Source: an uncultured virus (IMG/VR IMGVR_UViG_3300025853_000054)
Taxonomy: Duplodnaviria; Heunggongvirae; Uroviricota; Caudoviricetes
Length of the DNA: 20,000 nucleotides
Direction: 5' to 3' (one strand)
IMG/VR virus record: IMGVR_UViG_3300025853_000054
The notes under the pieces are model-generated. The model was not told where the DNA came from. It saw only the letters and a list, made by a program, of their open reading frames with translations, and made no database searches. The first letter of the stretch is position 1, and every line of letters starts with the position of its first letter. The position numbers and the translations under genes were made by a program. This document shows positions 16,572 to 20,000 of the stretch, piece after piece.

Positions 16572-17105
16572 ATGGCACTCTGGGGTAATAAAGATCTTGT
16601 ATATAATGAAGGAACAGTTTCCGTCAATCTTGAAACGGGAGTCATTGACGGTGTAGTAGGTGCAACTACCTTTACATCTGCTGTTTCTGAAGGTGATGTT
16701 GTTACAGTAGGATCTGGGGCAACATATGGTTATGCAGTGGTAATCGGAGTTACCTCTACCACTCTTTCGATTGCTTCTACGGAAGGATTTGTTGCTGGTT
16801 TAACGACTGTACCTGCTGGGGCAACTTATTTTGTTTCACAGGAACCAATCTATACTGTTGGTGATTCTCATTATCAGGCACCTGAAGCTAAGTCTGATTA
16901 CACTTCTAGTGTATATGGTGTGGATGAGATTGAAGTTGGTGCAGCAGCAACAACAGCATATGCAGTAACTCATGGTGGATGGGTAGGCATCACCTCTTAC
17001 ATGGATATGCACGATAATCTAAGAGTTAAAAACGAAGTACTAGTTGCAGGTGGAATCCTAACAACTACTGACGCTCCTGGGGACGCTTACTTCCCAGGCA
17101 ACTGA
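16572..17105 (+). CDS. Putative virion structural protein
   Basis: MALWG start; G/T/V-rich beta composition; YGVD..E and HGGWV...RVKNEVLVA; late promoter upstream. Confidence 0.65.
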   Translation: MALWGNKDLVYNEGTVSVNLETGVIDGVVGATTFTSAVSEGDVVTVGSGATYGYAVVIGVTSTTLSIASTEGFVAGLTTVPAGATYFVSQEPIYTVGDSHYQAPEAKSDYTSSVYGVDEIEVGAAATTAYAVTHGGWVGITSYMDMHDNLRVKNEVLVAGGILTTTDAPGDAYFPGN

Positions 17106-17123
17106 TAAATGAAAGAGTAAATA

Positions 17124-17507
17124 ATGAGATTTGATGAACTAAATGAGGATAACTTTTTATACTTCGCTATTAAAAATTACGAAAATCCTCAAGCTGTAAC
17201 GAAAGAAGATTTTAATAAAGATCTTAATCATTTTAAGTACATTAAAAGACTTCTAAAGAGATATCATAAAACGGGTGAGATAAGAACTCACCTTTTGATT
17301 AATCATTTCGTTATTCTTTATAATGTATTTGGAGAAGCTACTACTCCTATGTTATTTTTAAAGATAGACAAGGATATGTGGCCCCAAGTAAAAACTTTCA
17401 TTTTATTTTTAAATAAGCTCCCAGAGTATCCAAAATCGTATATTCATGATATTCAGGTCGATTTATTTTGTTTAAAAGAACTTAAGAAGATCTATGGACA
17501 AGATTGA
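17124..17507 (+). CDS. Conserved T4-like phage hypothetical protein
   Basis: MRFDELNEDNFLYFAIKNYENP, FKYIKRLLKRY, LINHFVILYNVFG. Confidence 0.8.
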   Translation: MRFDELNEDNFLYFAIKNYENPQAVTKEDFNKDLNHFKYIKRLLKRYHKTGEIRTHLLINHFVILYNVFGEATTPMLFLKIDKDMWPQVKTFILFLNKLPEYPKSYIHDIQVDLFCLKELKKIYGQD

Positions 17508-17688
17508 TAAAGTAATAAGATATTTTAGGAATCTTAGAGAAGACGCTGCGATAGTTCCTACAAATAGCCTTGCCCCAGGTAATATAGGTGGGACATCGCA
17601 AGCTGGAGATGATCCTCCTGTAAGAAAGAAAAAAAAGAATAGATATATTTGGTTGAAAGGTGTTAGAGCAAACTGGAAAAATAAATAA
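17494..17688 (+). CDS. Small hypothetical protein with a basic C-terminus
   Basis: Overlaps the previous stop; LREDAAIVPTN...PPVRKKKK. Confidence 0.7.
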   Translation: MDKIDKVIRYFRNLREDAAIVPTNSLAPGNIGGTSQAGDDPPVRKKKKNRYIWLKGVRANWKNK

Positions 17689-17717
17689 TAATAAGTAGTT
17701 ATTGGCAAGAATGCCAA

Positions 17718-17834
17718 ATGAAAAACCAAACTCCGTGTTCCTCATACCAGATGTTAAAACTCACAAATAATGTGATTAAATGGACTGGAGTTATTACTTT
17801 TTATTGTAATACAGTACTTTATTTCAATAGGTAA
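17718..17834 (+). CDS. Possible 38-aa ORF
   Basis: MKNQTPCSSYQMLKLTNNVIKWTGVITFYCNTVLYFNR*. Fills the gap after TAAATA (17682-17687); no recognisable motif. Confidence 0.3.
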   Translation: MKNQTPCSSYQMLKLTNNVIKWTGVITFYCNTVLYFNR

Positions 17835-17839
17835 ATGCT

Positions 17840-18268
17840 ATGTTCGGGTTTGGTAGTAAGTTTGCTGTCTTAGAATCAAAGTTTGGAATATACGAAGATC
17901 TTTCCAAAGAAATGTTGGATAAGTTGGAGAGAGCTGTTAATACTATATCTGATAATAGTAATAAGATTGCTATTATTTTAGAAAGACATGAAGCAAAAAT
18001 TTCTGAAGGAGATAAAACTTATTCAATCATATTGAAGATGATTGAAGATATGAAAGAAAGAAATACCGCAGAGCATATAGAAGTAGAACAAAAGATTGAT
18101 ATCTTGGATAAAAAGATTCAAGATCTATCAAAGTTTAGATGGCAAGTTGGAGGAGTCCTTGTAGTTGCGAGCATCATTTTAGGATCTCTAACGACTGGAT
18201 TTATTTCAAACCTAGTGCCAAATGCTTTGACAAGTCCCTCCTCAAGTGCTAGTATAGTAGAGAAGTGA
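17840..18268 (+). CDS. Coiled-coil protein with a C-terminal transmembrane helix
   Basis: Heptad-like body followed by WQVGGVLVVASIILGSLTTGFI. Confidence 0.75.
   Translation: MFGFGSKFAVLESKFGIYEDLSKEMLDKLERAVNTISDNSNKIAIILERHEAKISEGDKTYSIILKMIEDMKERNTAEHIEVEQKIDILDKKIQDLSKFRWQVGGVLVVASIILGSLTTGFISNLVPNALTSPSSSASIVEK
18227..18255 (+). promoter_or_regulatory. Sigma70-type (early) promoter for gp61-nrdA
   Basis: TTGACA, 17-nt spacer, TAGTAT with an extended TGn; 26 nt before the gp61 ATG. Confidence 0.7.
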
Positions 18269-18281
18269 TAGTAGTTTTTTC

Positions 18282-19277
18282 ATGGATTTTGTTGACACCA
18301 AATACATCAGTATTTTGTCATCAAAACTGACAAAGTTTAAAAAAGTTAAAAATAATCTATACAACTTTCGTTGTCCTATTTGCGGAGACTCGCAGAAAAA
18401 TAAAAATAGAGCAAGAGGTTATTTCTACCAAGTAAAGAATAATACTAACTTCAAATGCCACAACTGTGGTATCAATATTTCATTTAATAACTTTCTAAAG
18501 AATGTTGATTTAGATCTTCATAAGAAATATACTTTTGATAAGTTTAAAGAGGGTAAAACTGGTAAAAACTTCGTCGCAGAAGAACCTAAGTTTAATTTTC
18601 ACAAACCCGACTTTTCCACTCGGCGTGAAAAATCTGAATATGTGAAAAAGTTAAATCTTCCAAAAGCTTCTGAAAATGAAGACGCAAAAATATTTCTAGA
18701 AAAAAGAAAGTTAAATCCAGATACCTTTTACTACGCTGAAAAGTTTATGACTTGGGTTAATACTATAACACCCAAGTTTGAGAATGTAAGGTATGATGAA
18801 CCTAGAATTATTATACCTTTGTTTTATAATCAAAACTTAATTGGAGTTCAGGGAAGATCCCTAAGTTCCAAATCTGTTAAATATATCACTGTAATGTTTA
18901 ATGATGATGCACCAAAAATCTATGGACTTGATAACATCAGAACAGATGCTCCAGTCTACGTTACAGAAGGACCATTTGACAGCACATTCCTTTGCAACTC
19001 GATTGCTATGTGTGGATCTGACGCTAATATTGACAACTGGGGGATTAGCGATGCTATTTGGGTATATGATAACGAACCCCGCAATAGAGAAATCATGTCA
19101 AGAATATCCCGTGCTATCGAGACTGGACAAAAAGTTGTCATCTGGCCTTCGACAATAAATCAAAAGGATATTAATGACATGGTTCTTGCTGGACTTGATG
19201 TCAAATCTGTGATAGAATCTAATACTTATTCAGGACTAGAAGCAAAACTTAAGTTTACCACTTGGAAAAAAATATGA
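18282..19277 (+). CDS. gp61: DNA primase
   Basis: Zinc finger CPICGDS...CHNCG; TOPRIM VTEGPFDS, YDNEPRN, KDINDM. Confidence 0.96.
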   Translation: MDFVDTKYISILSSKLTKFKKVKNNLYNFRCPICGDSQKNKNRARGYFYQVKNNTNFKCHNCGINISFNNFLKNVDLDLHKKYTFDKFKEGKTGKNFVAEEPKFNFHKPDFSTRREKSEYVKKLNLPKASENEDAKIFLEKRKLNPDTFYYAEKFMTWVNTITPKFENVRYDEPRIIIPLFYNQNLIGVQGRSLSSKSVKYITVMFNDDAPKIYGLDNIRTDAPVYVTEGPFDSTFLCNSIAMCGSDANIDNWGISDAIWVYDNEPRNREIMSRISRAIETGQKVVIWPSTINQKDINDMVLAGLDVKSVIESNTYSGLEAKLKFTTWKKI

Positions 19278-20000
19278 GCAACGGAACAAAAGTAGTTAAA
19301 AGAAACGGTCGAGTTGAAGCACTTGATCTTGATAAAATGCACATCATGGTAGATGAAGCATGTAAAGGTCTTGCTGGAGTTTCTGCTAGTCAAGTAGAAA
19401 TGAAATCTGGTATTCAGTTTTACGATGGTATTTCTACAGCAGAGATTCAAGAGATTCTAATTCGTAGTGCAAGCGATCTTATTGATCTTGATCATCCCAA
19501 CTATCAATACGTTGCTGCAAGATTGCTGCTATTTGCTGTTAGGAAATCTCTATATGGAATGATTAGGGACTTCCCTCATTTAGAAGAGCATATTCTTAAC
19601 TGCACTATTGCAGAAGTTTATGACAAAGAGATTTTTGTTAAATACTCTAAGGAGGAAATCAATAAAGCTAATTCCTTTATTGAGCATCACCGTGACTATC
19701 TATTCACTTATGCAGGTCTACGTCAGGTCGTTGACAAGTACCTTGTGCAAGATAGAAGCAGTGGTAGAGTATATGAAACCCCACAGTTCATGTACATTAT
19801 GATTGCTCTGACAATCTTTGCAGAGTATCCAAAAGAAACCAGAATGTCATATGTCAAGAGGTATTATGACGCAATCTCCAAACACAAAATCAACATTCCC
19901 ACACCTATCATGGCGGGAGTGCGAACTCCACTTCGACAATTTGCTAGCTGTGTTCTTGTTGATGTTGATGACACCCTCGATTCTATCTTTAGCTCTGATA
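19274..20000 (+). CDS. nrdA: Class Ia ribonucleotide reductase alpha subunit, N-terminal part (runs off the window)
   Basis: Translated by hand: MSNGTKVVKRNG (ATP cone), YQYVAARLL, KYLVQDRS...ETPQF, PTPIMAGVRTPLRQFASCVL. Confidence 0.96.
   Translation, partial: MSNGTKVVKRNGRVEALDLDKMHIMVDEACKGLAGVSASQVEMKSGIQFYDGISTAEIQEILIRSASDLIDLDHPNYQYVAARLLLFAVRKSLYGMIRDFPHLEEHILNCTIAEVYDKEIFVKYSKEEINKANSFIEHHRDYLFTYAGLRQVVDKYLVQDRSSGRVYETPQFMYIMIALTIFAEYPKETRMSYVKRYYDAISKHKINIPTPIMAGVRTPLRQFASCVLVDVDDTLDSIFSSD

Noticed and set aside
2612..19450. All minus-strand ORFs in the track (e.g. 2612-2812, 7020-7325, 9034-9414, 10617-10949, 15911-16201)
   Set aside because: They are antisense shadows of well-supported + strand genes, with no recognisable motifs.
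1105..19802. Nested out-of-frame + strand ORFs (e.g. 1105-1347, 3363-3569, 8931-9281, 19608-19802)
   Set aside because: They lie wholly inside conserved genes in another frame and have no protein-like motifs.
1..20000. tRNA/rRNA genes
   Set aside because: No cloverleaf-like sequence seen in the short intergenic regions.

Overview
Replication region of a T4-like myovirus (AT-rich, all credible genes on the + strand). Gene content and order best fit a cyanophage (Kyanoviridae-like). Order: gp44 (partial), small ORFs, Dam methylase, gp62, regA, late acidic/basic ORF, hsp20, two paralogous small ORFs, gp43 polymerase, uvsX, collapsed 2OG-Fe(II) oxygenase remnant, gp41, mazG, a late-promoter island (~10.2-18.3 kb), gp61, nrdA (partial). 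Highlights: (1) three late-promoter proteins built from repeated acidic modules ending in T4 gp21-protease-like (L/I/V)-x-E|(A/G) sites that alternate with Lys/Arg/Ala-rich blocks, i.e. candidate capsid-packaged polyproteins; (2) a nucleotidyltransferase with a T4 internal-protein-like capsid-targeting N-terminus; (3) short promoter-structured RNA-terminator units after regA and hsp20; (4) a 49-codon in-frame-deleted oxygenase. All assignments come from motif recognition, not database searches.
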